A stretch of 64,000 nucleotides of DNA from Octopus vulgaris (Eukaryota), in assembly GCA_951406725.2 (NCBI GenBank), contig OX597820.1:104532001-104596000 (forward strand). The letters are read 5' to 3'. Made by a program: the position numbers and the translations under genes. Shown in pieces: positions 52,806 to 64,000 of the stretch. Position 1 is the first letter of the stretch, and every line of letters begins with the position of its first letter. The notes under the pieces are model-generated. The model was not told the origin of the DNA and ran no database searches. It worked only from the letters and a program-made list of their open reading frames with translations.

Positions 52806-55800
52806 ATACATATATATAACATATGTATATATATAACATATACAGTTTCTCTCTATCAAATCCACTCACAAGGCTTTGGTTGACCTGAGGCTATAGTAGA
52901 AGACACTCAAGTTACTAAGCTGTGGGACTGAATGCAGAACCTTGTGGTTGGGATGCAAGCGTCTTGCCACACAGCCATTCCCTAAATTTTATGTTGGATA
53001 AAAACTGCAATTACTTCCTTGTCATTGCTGTATACACATTAAGTATGATACATGGATACCTATTGAATTTATTCAAGAGTTCAATTAAAAACACTATCAA
53101 AAGATTTTTCTTTAGATATAATTTGAGCAAAACACTGTAAAACTACAGAGTAACAGGAATTCTTCAAAACTAAAATTTGTGTCTCTGTGAATGTTTGAAT
53201 TAAATTTTTTTTTTTTTTTTACCTGTGTGCATGTATTAACAATCATTGCTCTCTCTCCAGCTTCCTTTAATCTGTCACACATCTTCAGAGTATGTCTATT
53301 AATATTAATGATGATGATAATAATAATAATAATCACAGCTATCTATCTTCAGGGGTGTTCTACCCTGTCAAATTTTCACATTGGTTTATTTATGAACAAC
53401 TAGTGCTATTTCTGGGTGATTTGCTCCATTATATGACCTGACATGGAAAATATATCAAACAAGATAATACAGTGAACAGGATTAATAACTAGGCAAATTT
53501 AAACAATTTACTAATATTAAAGAGATACTAAATCTGTGAACTGCCAGAATCGTTAGTTTGCCGGGCAAAATGGTTAGCGGCATTTCATTCATCTCTGTTC
53601 TGAGTTCAGATTCTGCTGAGTTTGACTTTGCCCTTCATCTTTTCAGGTTTGATAGAATTAGTACCAGTGATCACTGGATTTGATGTAATCAATGTACTCC
53701 CTTCCTCAGAATTGCTGGATTTGTGCCAAAATTTGAAACCAGTATTAAATACTATTTCCTACTCAGACATTTTTAGCTTTTACCTTGTCTTCTTTAATTG
53801 AATAAGTTATTAATTGTTATTAATTTGTATTTGTTTATCCAGGTATCAAATGCCAGTGCATCTAACGAGGAAGGTATCACTCCTCTGCACAATGCCATAT
53901 GTGCAGGACACCATGATATTGTGAAGTTTTTGGTTGAGTTTGGCTGTGATGTTAATGCCCCTGACAGCGATGGATGGTAAGATTGTGTTGTTATTTAACA
54001 CCAGATAAACTCTGAGGAAAGATGTTCTGGTTATGACCATCTCATCTTTTTTTCAGTCATAGTTTATCTAAAGCTACATTGTCAAATGTGTCCTTTATTT
54101 TTTTTTTTTTCAAGATGGTGGTAGTGCAATTTTGAGGGAAACTTCTCTGCTATTTCTAGCTGATTACATAGATTCTCTTCTATTGGCTCTAAGCTTATGT
54201 TTTAACTTGACAGAGGCCCTCCTTATTTTGGTGGTTTTGATGGGGATCAAGTCTAGACATCCCCATGATAGGATCTTGTGGAGATATCCTAATGATGATA
54301 ATGATATGCATAAAATCTGGTCATCAAATCCAAGTAGAGATTTCAAACGTAAAATCTTCAAAGCCACAGTTGAACCAAAATAGTGTATATGGCTCAGAAA
54401 CCTGGACGTTATCAAAGAAGCTTGAGAGGCGGTTGGATGGAACTTACACTTGCCTCCTTATGAGAGCTCAAAATCTCTCGTGGAAGCGTCATCCAACCAA
54501 AGTACAAATATATGGGAAATTACCACCTGTATCATCTCTCATGAAAGGCATGAGAGTCCAGTTTGCTGGACATTGTTGTAGAGCTGAAAATGAGGTAATT
54601 TCTACTCTTCTCTTCTGGAAGCCATCCGCTCGCGATACCAGAGGGCGCACACTCTCCTACCCTGATGTAATCTCCAGGGATACCTGCATCCAGCAACAGG
54701 ACCTCCGTAATGCTATGATGGACCGTGAAGTCTGGCGTAACATAGTAAATTCCATTGTCTCGACCACGGTCGAACGATGATGATGATGAATGATAATGCA
54801 GTTGTTGTAGCTGTTGTTTAACCTTGGGTTAGCTTGTATCATGCTGACCTATAATCAATGATGTTCCAGTCATGATATCTTTATTGTATCTAGTATTACA
54901 TTGCTAGTGTGTTCTTCCTCATTTTTTAGATGATAGGGTGCAAGCTGAAGTAGTTTTTAGCAGGCTGAGTGACTGTGTAAAGGCTTAACCAGTTTGCTCA
55001 ATAACAGTAAAGTAAGCCACCTTGCAGAAGAGAAAGTGGGTGTACAACATAACCAGCTTCTTGAGATTCGATACTAATCTTTAAGGTTAAAGGAATTGAT
55101 CTGTTGGGTTTACGTCTTTGTTAATTTTCCTGTTTGTATCCTACAGTACTTTGTGCAGTGTATTGAGATGCTTTAGGCTTAGACCTACAGAACCATCTTG
55201 TGTAGTTATATGTATGTATGTATATATAAATTTGAATGAAAGCTATCCACATTGTTGTTGATTAATCTGTATCAGTTGTTAATCTAGTTGACATGTAGCA
55301 AAGAGATTTATAACCAACAATCTCAATGTTCTTCATGTGTTCCCATTTTTCACCACTAAGCTACGCTCTATATATCGCTGGTATTTATTGGACCACGACA
55401 GGCTTTAGATGTCTGAATAACTCATCCATGTGTTGGGTATGATTTTTTTTTAAGGGCTTAAAATATGATGAAGCTTTACTTAAAACTGTAGGATTTATTT
55501 TTTATAGGTTAGATTTGACCTTTGTATCCTTTGATAACATGACCTCACTAGAACTTCTCTGATTGGTTCATGTCATTAATTTTATTATTTTCTGGACCCA
55601 CTTTTAGTGTATGTATTTACAAGATTTATATATTGCTGCTTGTTGGTTGTTTTGATTTCCATTTATCACTAGCTATCTTATCTACAAGACAGATCAGTGC
55701 ATATTCATTATTGATATCTTAGTTTAGGAATAAAGGTTCCTATTTTGAATCCAGTGGGGATTAAGACACCTGATAATAATCAGAAATCAAACAAAACATT

Positions 55801-58800
55801 GTACAGAATAGACATTAAATGATAATGATGATGATGATACAGGCATGGCTATGTGGTTAAGAATTTTGATTCCCAACCACATTGTTCAGTTTCATTTCCA
55901 CTGTATGGCATCTTGGTTAAATGTCTTCTGTGCCACCTAAAGTCCATTTTATATGTGTGCGTGTGTGATTTTCTACTTCCCTCATGTTTTTGTGTACATT
56001 TTGCTTACTGGTCATAAACAATAGCTTTGCTATTGGTGTAATCTGTTTGCAGTCCACTATGAAAGCATGTTCAAGTTTCTTGATATGCCATAACATTTTT
56101 TATTCATTTTTAAAACATTTTTGTGATATTTGTAAACAAAAAGGTTTTCTTCAGCGTCATTTCTTTCCAATTCTTCCCATAAGCTTGTCTGAGCAGTTTG
56201 TTGTTTGGAAACAGGTGGAAGTTAGCAACAGAAATGGTAGCTGGTCAAAGAAAACTCTGCCCTACTTTCATCTGACTATGCAAGCTTGGAAAAGCAGACT
56301 GAGGAATTTAAATACAAGGTTTATAATTAGGAAAATTACAATTGCATTAATAAGAATTCATCTTAGACATTATGATAATTGGCTTATTTTGTTCTGGGGA
56401 TGCCAAGGTAATTGATGTGCTTGAGAGAAGATATAGCTGTTATATTTAGAAGTTAAGCTACAAACCCTTTCATTGAATCCATCATCAAACAATGTTCTAG
56501 ATATTTGTCAGCCTAATGTCATTTCATTCCACATCTCTTTCTACAGGACGCCTCTCCATTGTGCTGCATCTTGTAACAATTTATACATGGTGCAGTTATT
56601 AGTGAACCATGGTGCCTGTATATTTGCAACAACACTCAGTGACCATGAGACTGCTGCCAAGAAATGTGAGGAAGGTGAAGCTGGTTATGAGATATGCTCT
56701 GATTATCTTTACAGTAAGTTATTCACGTTAATATTATTTTATTCATTTAAACAGCTGCTTTATTTAAATGTTTGTTATTGATTTTTCCACAGATTAATGA
56801 CTGTTGTGTAAAATATACTAAATTGAATACTTAGATAATTTTATCTCAGAATGGCAATAATTGCTGTATTATTGAAAGCTAATCTCATTTCTGGAAAATT
56901 AGAAAGAAAATTTGGTATACACACACCCATGTGTGTGTGTGTAGATTCTTGAAGGGCTTTCTCCATGGATTTTTATACAAGAAAGTTTTACCATCTTCAC
57001 AGAAATTTTGGAAGCATATATTGCAACAGTTTAGCATTTAAAGGCCTACATTTATTTAATTACCTTCTAAAAGAATCTAAAAGATTTAACCATATTTTCC
57101 CTTAAGACATACAAGAAAAGTTGTGATGAAGAATAGTACTATATTTGACCCAAATAAACTATCAGTAAAAAGTTTTAAGTAGAATAAAGCAGTTTTCTTC
57201 AAATTATAGGTCAACCACACTACAATGCTAAATGTGACAAAGATTGATCCTCATCATATACAACAGTAAAGGTGTCTACAACAACAAAGACAGTCAGATA
57301 CATATTTTACTGAAATGAATATTGACAATCATTGTATATTATTTTAAAATATTGAATATTATATTTTTGTGGCTAAATCTGTAACAGTTCAATGTTTCTA
57401 TGATATTGACCTTCCCAGAGTTGGTAATTAACTGTGATAGTTCTGTCTGTTCTTGGATCATCATCATCATCATTTAACGTCCGCTTTCCATGCTTGCATG
57501 GGTTGGACAATTTGGTTGAGGACTGGCAAACCAGATGGCTGTACCAGACTCCAATCTGATCTGGCAGAGTTTCTACAGCTTGATGCCCTTCCTAACGCCA
57601 ACCACTCCGAGAGTGTATTGGGTGCTTTTACATACCACCGGCATGAGGGCCAGTTAGGTGGTACTGGCAACGGCCATGCTCAAATGGTGCTTTTTATGTG
57701 CCACCTGCACCATTTGAGCATGGCCGTTGCCAGTACCACCTAACTGGCCCTCATGCCGGTGGCACGTAATAGCACCCACTACACTCTCGGACTGGCTGGC
57801 ATTAGGAGTGGATGTGTAAGATATAGAATCTGGTTTCTCAGAGCAGCAAGACATTACCAATACCTTTCTCCCCAGTAAGAGTACTATATCTACTGCATGG
57901 TGAAGTGATATTTCAGTCTACACACCATTCAAGGTTGTGTACAATGTTATACATTTGGTTTAACAGTTTAAAGACATCAGTAATTTTATAGACCTCAGAT
58001 TTTACAATTGCTGTTTCAATAATTCTATACATCAGATTTCACCAACAGAATGTATTAGCAACTCTACACATCACAGCTTCTATAGTCATAGGTCCTCTCT
58101 GCCATAACCCACATCTGATGTATGAGGGGATGCTGAAAAGTTCCTGGCTTTCAGTAAAAGAAAATACAGGAGGATCAGTTAATTATGATTTATATACAAC
58201 ATATTCCCCTTTCAGATTCACACACTTGTTACAGCAGTCTTTCAGTTTTTCTAAGCCCTGTGAAAAAACTTGGAAGTTTGGGCCTCCAACCAGGCCTTTC
58301 ATGATACCCTCAATCCCAGGAACTTTTCAGCACCCTCTTGTATGTTGACCCAAGCTGAACGTTATTTCTGCTTTATCTTTAGTTAAACAAAAAAAGGCAG
58401 TTTTTACCAATTATTAACTAAACTACCTGCATGTTTTTTTTCTTTTTTTTCTTTTAGGTGTGCAAGAAAAACTTGGAATTGCCAATAATGGTAAAGTGTT
58501 TACAATATTTTCGTATGAAGCCCAGAATTCTGATGAACTCACCTTCAAGATAGGTGAAGAGATAACTGTCCTACGCAAGGGAGATGAGAATGAGAAAGAA
58601 TGGTGGTGGTCTCGTATTAAAAATCGTGAAGGCTATGTTGCTAGAAACATGATAGGAGTAAGTACTCTGCAGTTTTCATTTATTTTAATGACACAACTTA
58701 TCTCGATTTTCATTCTGTTAGGTACATATAAATGCTGGGATGGCTGTGTGATAAGCAGTTTGCTTCCCGACCACATGGTTCTCGGTTCAATCCCACAGTG

Positions 58801-59776
58801 TTGCATGTTAGGCAAGTGTCTTCTCTTGAAGCTTTGGGCCAACCAAAGGCTTGTGAGTGAATTTGGTTGAGAAAAATTTAAAGAAGTCCATCATATATGT
58901 GCATGTGTTGGTCCTTCACCACTAGCTGACAGCCACTGTTGGTTTGTTTATGTTCCTCATAACCTTGGGGGTTCAACAGACTAGCAGAATAAGTACCTGG
59001 CTTAAAAGTAAGTACAGAGGTTGATTTGTTTGACTAAAACCTTCAAGGTAATGTCCCAGCATGGCTGCAGTCCAATGACTGAAGCAAATAAAAGATGAAA
59101 GGTGCACAAGGTATTTGAGGACAGTTATATACTTACACAAAAATAACCCTTAGAAATGGACAATAATGCCTTTTTACTGAAAAAGGTTTTGAGGACAAGA
59201 GTAAACATATTATAAATCTCTGAACGAGATGTAAACAGTAACCGCTCAACAACGTAAAGTATACTAGCCATATCAATATGGCTAACCACTAAGGGTGGGT
59301 GTTACTGTAGCTTTTAGCCCCAGGAGATCATTGTCTCCAGCTGGCTTTAGGCACACTTTCTGTGCCCTTATGATATTTGCAAAGGGAGGTCATCCTCTCT
59401 CGTAACCTAAGCGATACGCACGGACTGCAGTTTCGAGTGCAGTCCGTGCTGTAGAAAATCGATCAATAAACGCCGTCCAACCCATGCTAGCATGGCAAAG
59501 TCGATGTTAAAAGGATCCTGATGTAATGCTTATTTTCATCTGTCTAACTAGCTATACATTGTATTTGCATTCATGTATACACATTTCTGTTTGTAGGTAT
59601 TTTACTAATGTATACATTTTTGTTTATCTACCCAATTAGCTATTTGTGTTTGTATTTATTTATGTATAAGTGAATTTATATAGCTATATGTATCACTCAT
59701 TGCATCTTATTTGCTTTTGTTTTTTCAGTTACAACCAAGAATACTGGCAGAGGAAAGCCGTTGGTCAAACAGCTAA
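38728..59776 (+). CDS. ASPP: ASPP-family protein (apoptosis-stimulating of p53 protein; TP53BP2/PPP1R13B co-ortholog), 5'-partial, join(38728..39004,42935..43134,46535..48364,53843..53976,56547..56713,58458..58657,59729..59776)
   Basis: Seven exons with AG/GT boundaries and compatible phases (1,0,0,2,1,0) join into 2856 nt, i.e. 951 aa plus TAA. The translation matches the ASPP2 coiled coil ([35 protein letters not shown] vs [36 protein letters not shown]), [18 protein letters not shown], ankyrin repeats and SH3. Confidence 0.95.
39772..39930. repeat. Compound (TA)n/(TG)n microsatellite (similar runs at 21180-21325, 22906-23015, 28105-28243, 52730-52840, 60595-60785)
   Basis: Direct observation. 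Confidence 0.95.
42420..42713 (+). mobile_element. Non-autonomous Helitron
   Basis: 5' end A|TCTTTATATATAAAA; subterminal GC hairpin ccc.agcaacgcc.ggg and a CTAG-like (TTAG|T) 3' end; A/T insertion site with no TSD. Confidence 0.65.
42935..43134 (+). CDS. ASPP: ASPP exon, coiled coil ([33 protein letters not shown]...[10 protein letters not shown])
   Basis: Acceptor tcttcag|AT and donor GCG|gtaagt; 200 nt; matches ASPP2 FQQKQRELVLAVSKVEELTRQLE...AELDRL. Confidence 0.93.
45973..46396 (+). mobile_element. Young, full-length SINE family A copy
   Basis: CpGs retained; complete head and (gtaaaaga)n tail. Confidence 0.9.
46535..48364 (+). CDS. ASPP: ASPP large exon (610 codons): end of coiled coil, disordered linker, SILK-like and RVxF motifs, start of ankyrin region
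   Basis: Acceptor tatatag|CTG (LHNKLNEQQ, cf. LRNKLNQEQ) and donor CGT|gtaagt; contains ORF 46571..48409 with [19 protein letters not shown] and KSLLK...[19 protein letters not shown]. Confidence 0.95.
49352..49518. repeat. (CT)n/(CACT)n polypyrimidine microsatellite
   Basis: Direct observation. Confidence 0.9.
52152..52722 (-). mobile_element. PLE 3' fragment (end of GIY-YIG plus pseudo-LTR with decayed hammerhead at 52262-52298)
   Basis: Minus-strand [23 protein letters not shown]...[16 protein letters not shown] resembles a PLE GIY-YIG C-terminus; tatatc-ATGAATA-gcgattgc-GAAAC-cg-GTC-gatata; embedded in (TA)n. Confidence 0.7.
53843..53976 (+). CDS. ASPP: ASPP exon, ankyrin repeat ([45 protein letters not shown])
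   Basis: Acceptor ttatccag|GTA and donor TG|gtaaga; canonical ASPP ankyrin motif GITPLHNA. Confidence 0.95.
54290..54790 (+). mobile_element. RTE-clade LINE 3' fragment with (GAT)n tail
   Basis: [33 protein letters not shown]...[12 protein letters not shown]...MDREVWR, followed by gatgatgatga. Confidence 0.88.
56547..56713 (+). CDS. ASPP: ASPP exon, ankyrin repeats ([55 protein letters not shown])
   Basis: Acceptor ctacag|G and donor TACA|gtaagt; [12 protein letters not shown] motif as in ASPP2. Confidence 0.95.
58123..58340. mobile_element. Tc1/mariner-derived MITE
   Basis: TA-tgaggggatgctgaaaagttcctgg ... ccaggaacttttcagcaccctcttg-TA. Confidence 0.78.
58458..58657 (+). CDS. ASPP: ASPP exon, SH3 domain ([66 protein letters not shown])
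   Basis: Long polypyrimidine tract, ttttag|GT acceptor and GGA|gtaagt donor; SH3 signature DELTF...EWWW...EGYV.RN. Confidence 0.95.
59729..59776 (+). CDS. ASPP: ASPP last coding exon ([15 protein letters not shown])
   Basis: Acceptor gttttttcag|TTA, phase 0; LQPRI aligns with ASPP LYPRI; TAA at 59774-59776. Confidence 0.85.
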   Translation, partial: LQPRILAEESRWSNS

Positions 59777-60627
59777 CAGAGTTAGCCAGCCAAAGTTGTT
59801 TTGTTACACTTTAATTTATACTCACTGTAGTCATCTTAATCTTGATCTGATACATGCTCATCCCTGTTATCATCATCATCATCATCAATCATTGGTAATA
59901 GAATACTTGTGTTTCTGTAAATATTCGATTAGTTTGGCTACAGTTGAGTTGGTTTACAGACACATTTGAACAATAACAAAGCACAACAGAACTGTCTCTG
60001 ATTACTTACTCCAATGACAGTGATCAATCAAACCACATTCATTTGTTACCCCACATTCAACCATCTCATTAAGAAATCATTATATATATATGTATATATA
60101 TATATATATATATCTGTATAATAAAACATAACTCTATAATATTTCCTTTGATTTCTTTAATCTGTTTGTCAATCCCTCAACTACATTTAAAACACTGCTC
60201 ACTCTCCAAGCTACTGGTCATTCTGTACACTACTAGTTTCTTTATCATTTTTCATTTGTTTGTTTTGACTCCTTTCCTACATTGGTAGGGCTGTTAACAT
60301 TCTATATCTGCTGGAAGGTTGGCAAATCAAGGTGCTCAATTAAGCTGGAGCTTGTTTGAAATTTAAGTCAAGTAGAGACTTAGCAGGGTGGAAAGGGATT
60401 AAGATGGATCAGAATAGGGTTGGTCATAGTAATTCAGTTGCTTGAAGTTAGCGGCTAGGGTGGGCCCAAAATGCTTATAGACTTTAATAGCTTTGTTTAC
60501 TACTATAAATGAAAAATTACTGTAATCTGTAACATTTTCCCCTTAATTTGTCACTGTAATCCTTATCAGTTACACCTCTCCTTTACACATACATACATAA
60601 ATATATAATATATACATGCATGTATAC

Positions 60628-60660
<33 letters not shown>

Positions 60661-60915
60661 TCTATGTATGCATATATATATATATATATATATATACATC
60701 CACACACACATATGTATGTATCCACATATATATATGTATATATATGTGCATGTATGTATGGAGATATATATAAATATATATAATATGGGGGTTTAGTTCA
60801 TGGATAAACAACTAGGTATGCTAGATAAGTACTGTAATGGATTACTAGGGCTCCACGGTTATAGCCAAGGTGGTAGTTATGGAGCCATTGCAGATTTCTG
60901 ATTTAGTGGATATAT

Positions 60916-61538
60916 AATTGTTTAAGGGGACAACAAACGTTAAGGCAAGACAAACATCTCAAGTCATATACATTATTATTATTATTGGAAAAAAATTCAA
61001 AGTCTTACAGCTACTTCTGAGATATTTCATCATCGGAGACAAAAGGGAAAATAAGAAGGATATAAATTAATGAAATGACGACATAGAGGACAGGAATAAA
61101 GGAATAAGGAGATGAAGAAAAGGAAGCATAAAAGTTCACAGTTCAACTTCCAATCATGTAGAAGTCAGTCTAAGTCCTTAGGTGCAATCCTGCGTAAATC
61201 CATGTAGGTTAAAATCCTGACCACTAAAAATAAATAAATGGATTTATGCAGGATTGCGCCTAAGGACTTACGGACTGACTTCTACATGATTGGAAAGTTG
61301 AACTGTGAACTTTTATGCTTCTTTTTCTTCATCACCTTATTCCTTTACTCCTGTCCTCCATGTTGTCATTTCATTAATTCATACCCTTCTCATTTTCCCT
61401 ATTTGTCTCTGATGATGGAATATCCCATACTCTGGGATATCCCAGAAACAGCTGTAAGTCTTTAAATTTTTTTCCAATAATAATGTGTGTGACGTGAGAT
61501 GTTTTACCTTGCTTTAAAGTACGTTGTCCTCTTTAACA

Positions 61539-61542
<4 letters not shown>
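60916..61542. mobile_element. Pair of inverted PLE-type pseudo-LTRs (arms ~60916-61203 and ~61238-61542) with no ORF
   Basis: Arms are reverse complements (e.g. caatcatgtagaagtcagtc / gactgacttctacatgattg); each has a hammerhead motif, decayed in the left arm at ~61002-61040; flanked by TA/CA runs. Confidence 0.8.
61405..61460 (+). ncRNA. Type I hammerhead ribozyme motif with intact core
   Basis: gtct-CTGATGA-tggaatatccca(tactc)tgggatatccca-GAAAC-agct-GTA-agtc. Stem II is 12 bp with one mismatch, stem III is palindromic, and the cleavage triplet is GUA. Confidence 0.8.
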
Positions 61543-61576
<34 letters not shown>

Positions 61577-62213
61577 TATACACACATGCATACACACCTT
61601 CTCCTTCACTTATGACTAAGTTCGATTCTGACTGACAGGTTGTAAATCAATGTATGTCAGATTTATATTTTTCAACACTATTTTCAATCAAATGGATTAT
61701 AAAAATATAAAACAGAAATTTAATCCATAATTATTGTACATAATGTGAAAAATACTCTTCATTTGAAAGTTCTTTTGTCTTATAATCTAGCAACTACTCT
61801 ATTTCTGGTATTTCCCATTCTAATTCTAGATTGTTTTTTTCTAATTGTATTCACCTTCTTTCCGCCTTCAAACTGCTAGATAATCTGCATTTTATAGTCT
61901 AAATTAATAGTCTTCCTTGATTTCTTAGCTGGTGCATCTGTAGATGAAAGCATTTTCCTTTTACAGGTCATTTTAGTGGTATTTCAGACACAGTTGCTAC
62001 AAATCCACATGCAACTGATGTTTGGAAGTGACTGAGTGAAAGACAGTGGCAGGCAGTGAATGCCTGGGTCTGCAGGAGGCCTTCATTGCCAGATGCTGCC
62101 ATAGTTATCATACACACAGCTGCCCCATGTCTAAAAATCGATTATTTATTTATTTATTTATTGTGGTTATAAGTGCAGATGGTCTTAAGTTGTATAGGTC
62201 ATAAGTCTAGGAG

Positions 62214-62273
<60 letters not shown>

Positions 62274-63082
62274 ATGAACAATGGAAATGAATGGTGAGGA
62301 GACAACTGTATGGTTAATACACTTTAAAAATATTGGAAAGTTATAGTTTTATTAGTGTAATGATAGCAGTGCCAATGATAATGGATATTTATAATTTAGT
62401 ATCTGCATGCCAGTGATGTTTGACAAAATTCTGAAAAAACCTACAAAATACTAGAATTTAATATATTTAAGAAATGAACAGGTTCAGCTTTTATGGAGTT
62501 GTATTGTTGTTCTTAGCCCCATATCAGCTGTGACTGGGCCAATCTATAACACACTGCTGGCTGAACGAGTAGATGCGTCCCACATATCTGTTGCTTAAAT
62601 TATACCTAATTTAGAACTATGTTAACTGCTCCAGCCTGCAGTGATGAATTGCATGGAATACAGTGTGACAACCTGGATATGAAGTACAGTGTCTAATTCA
62701 TTCCTGTACACATGCAGATTCTGGTGGTGGCCATACAGAGGCAAGCAATGTGGATTTGGTCAGCATCACAATTACTGAGTCTCTGAATATATTGTTGGTG
62801 ATATACATCTCAACATGGTGTTGTTTTTTGAGGCTGTTGTTATTAATGTATCATAGAATTTAGTAACTACCTATTTTTGAGTTTGTTTGTTTTTTTCCAC
62901 AGTGGTATATGTCTGTGCCTACATTTAGCTTAACTACATAAACATGTAGTCTCTCATACTGTTTAGAAGTCAAACAGCATTTCCCAGATCAATTATTAAA
63001 AAAAAAATCCCATAAAACTTCAAATAACAAGTGCAAATTTATTTTTCTTTCTTAAATGAAATTTTTTGCTATTAATAGAAAT

Positions 63083-63088
63083 AATAAA
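63083..63088 (+). promoter_or_regulatory. Candidate poly(A) signal for ASPP (alternative candidate at 60120-60125)
   Basis: AATAAA followed by T/GT-rich sequence. AATAAA is common in this AT-rich DNA, so the call is weak. Confidence 0.3.
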
Positions 63089-63387
63089 GATATTTATTTG
63101 TTTTACAATTTGCTAATGAAAATACAAAAAAATATTTTTTTCTAAAAAGGAATGGAAAACGTATTGCCAATTCAGTGGCAGTGGTTCAATCCTACAATTC
63201 TGCGTATATAGCATGTGTCCATTACTCTAGTGTTAAATTGACCTATAGCTTCTGAATGGAAATTGGGCAGAAACTTTTTTATGTGTGATGTGTGTGTGTC
63301 CATCACCAATATTTAACCTTATATCTTCCAATGCTGTGAGTTGCATACGGCACCAAACTTCGGACGGACGGATGGGCGGATGGATGG

Positions 63388-64000
63388 ATTAGTCACACAG
63401 GGCTGCACACAGACGGGACAGATTACAAAGTAGAGCTTTTCTTTTTTTGGAGGAAAAAAAAAAGGTGGGGTAGGTTTTTGATTAAAAGGGAAAGGAAAAA
63501 AGGGGAAAAAGAAAAAAAAACGATCAATAGGGATCGTGTATCAGAGTGTCATGATGTACGGTGTAAAGGGGGAAGCAGATAAGGTTTATCCGTGGGAAGA
63601 AAAGCCTACGGAAAAGGCCACGGTAACCTCGGTCAATATTGTTACATGTTACCACATTTGTTTGCAAGTGGGTAACCCTCTGTTTTCAATTTCTGGGTTC
63701 ATAGGATTATGCTCAAGGTGGCTTCGTCATTCATACGTGCCATCCTTACTACATTCACCCATCTTTTTTTAAACATTCGCTACGCAAAACTTGCCTCTCT
63801 ACTCTCACTTTCCTTTTCAAGTGATACTTGAAGAAGTTGATGAAAGATTGTCCGGAGAGGAAAGTGTTTGTCTCCAATCCTTTCAGACGCGTCCACCAGA
63901 TACATTCTTTCGCCATAGCCACAAGGATGATGAAAATAGCTCTTCCTTCCCGTTTGAAGGAAGGAGGCGTGACAATATTGACGATAGACTCGGCTAATAA
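63388..64000 (-). mobile_element. L1/Tx1-clade LINE 3' end (ORF2 C-terminus plus 3' UTR), continues beyond the window
   Basis: Minus strand reads ESIVNIVTPPSFKREGRAIFIILVAMAKECIWWTRLKGL...FFKYHLKRKVRVER (AK..IW..R motif), then a frameshift and a pyrimidine-rich UTR. Confidence 0.7.

Noticed and set aside
55984-56415. 143 aa ORF in the ASPP intron
   Set aside because: Overlaps decayed SINE tails; composition not protein-like; not needed for exon phase continuity.

Overview
AT-rich, repeat-dense eukaryotic genomic DNA. The SINE families and TA/TG microsatellites look like those of a coleoid cephalopod, probably Octopus; this is inferred from recognition and was not verified by a search. One host gene is visible on the + strand: an ASPP-family gene (co-ortholog of TP53BP2/ASPP2 and PPP1R13B/ASPP1). 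It has 7 phase-compatible GT-AG coding exons from 38728 to the stop at 59776 (951 codons plus stop), encoding a coiled coil, a long S/N/T-rich linker, SILK-like and RVxF PP1 motifs, ankyrin repeats and an SH3 domain. I could not find its N-terminal exons, so 1-38727 is probably one very large intron. The rest is mostly mobile DNA: at least 4 SINE families, a full-length decayed DD34D mariner, a Penelope-like element (RT + GIY-YIG) with inverted pseudo-LTRs, RTE, CR1-like and L1/Tx1 LINE fragments, piggyBac-type and mariner-type MITEs, a non-autonomous Helitron and a probable solo LTR. The most notable unexplained structure is about 10 minimal type I hammerhead-ribozyme-like motifs in Penelope-type repeats. 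One has an intact core in sense orientation inside a ~600 nt fold-back downstream of the ASPP stop codon, and one sits behind a tRNA-like Pol III module. There are also several long, near-perfect inverted repeats in the transcription unit and a 171 bp inverted templated copy taken from 5.3 kb away.
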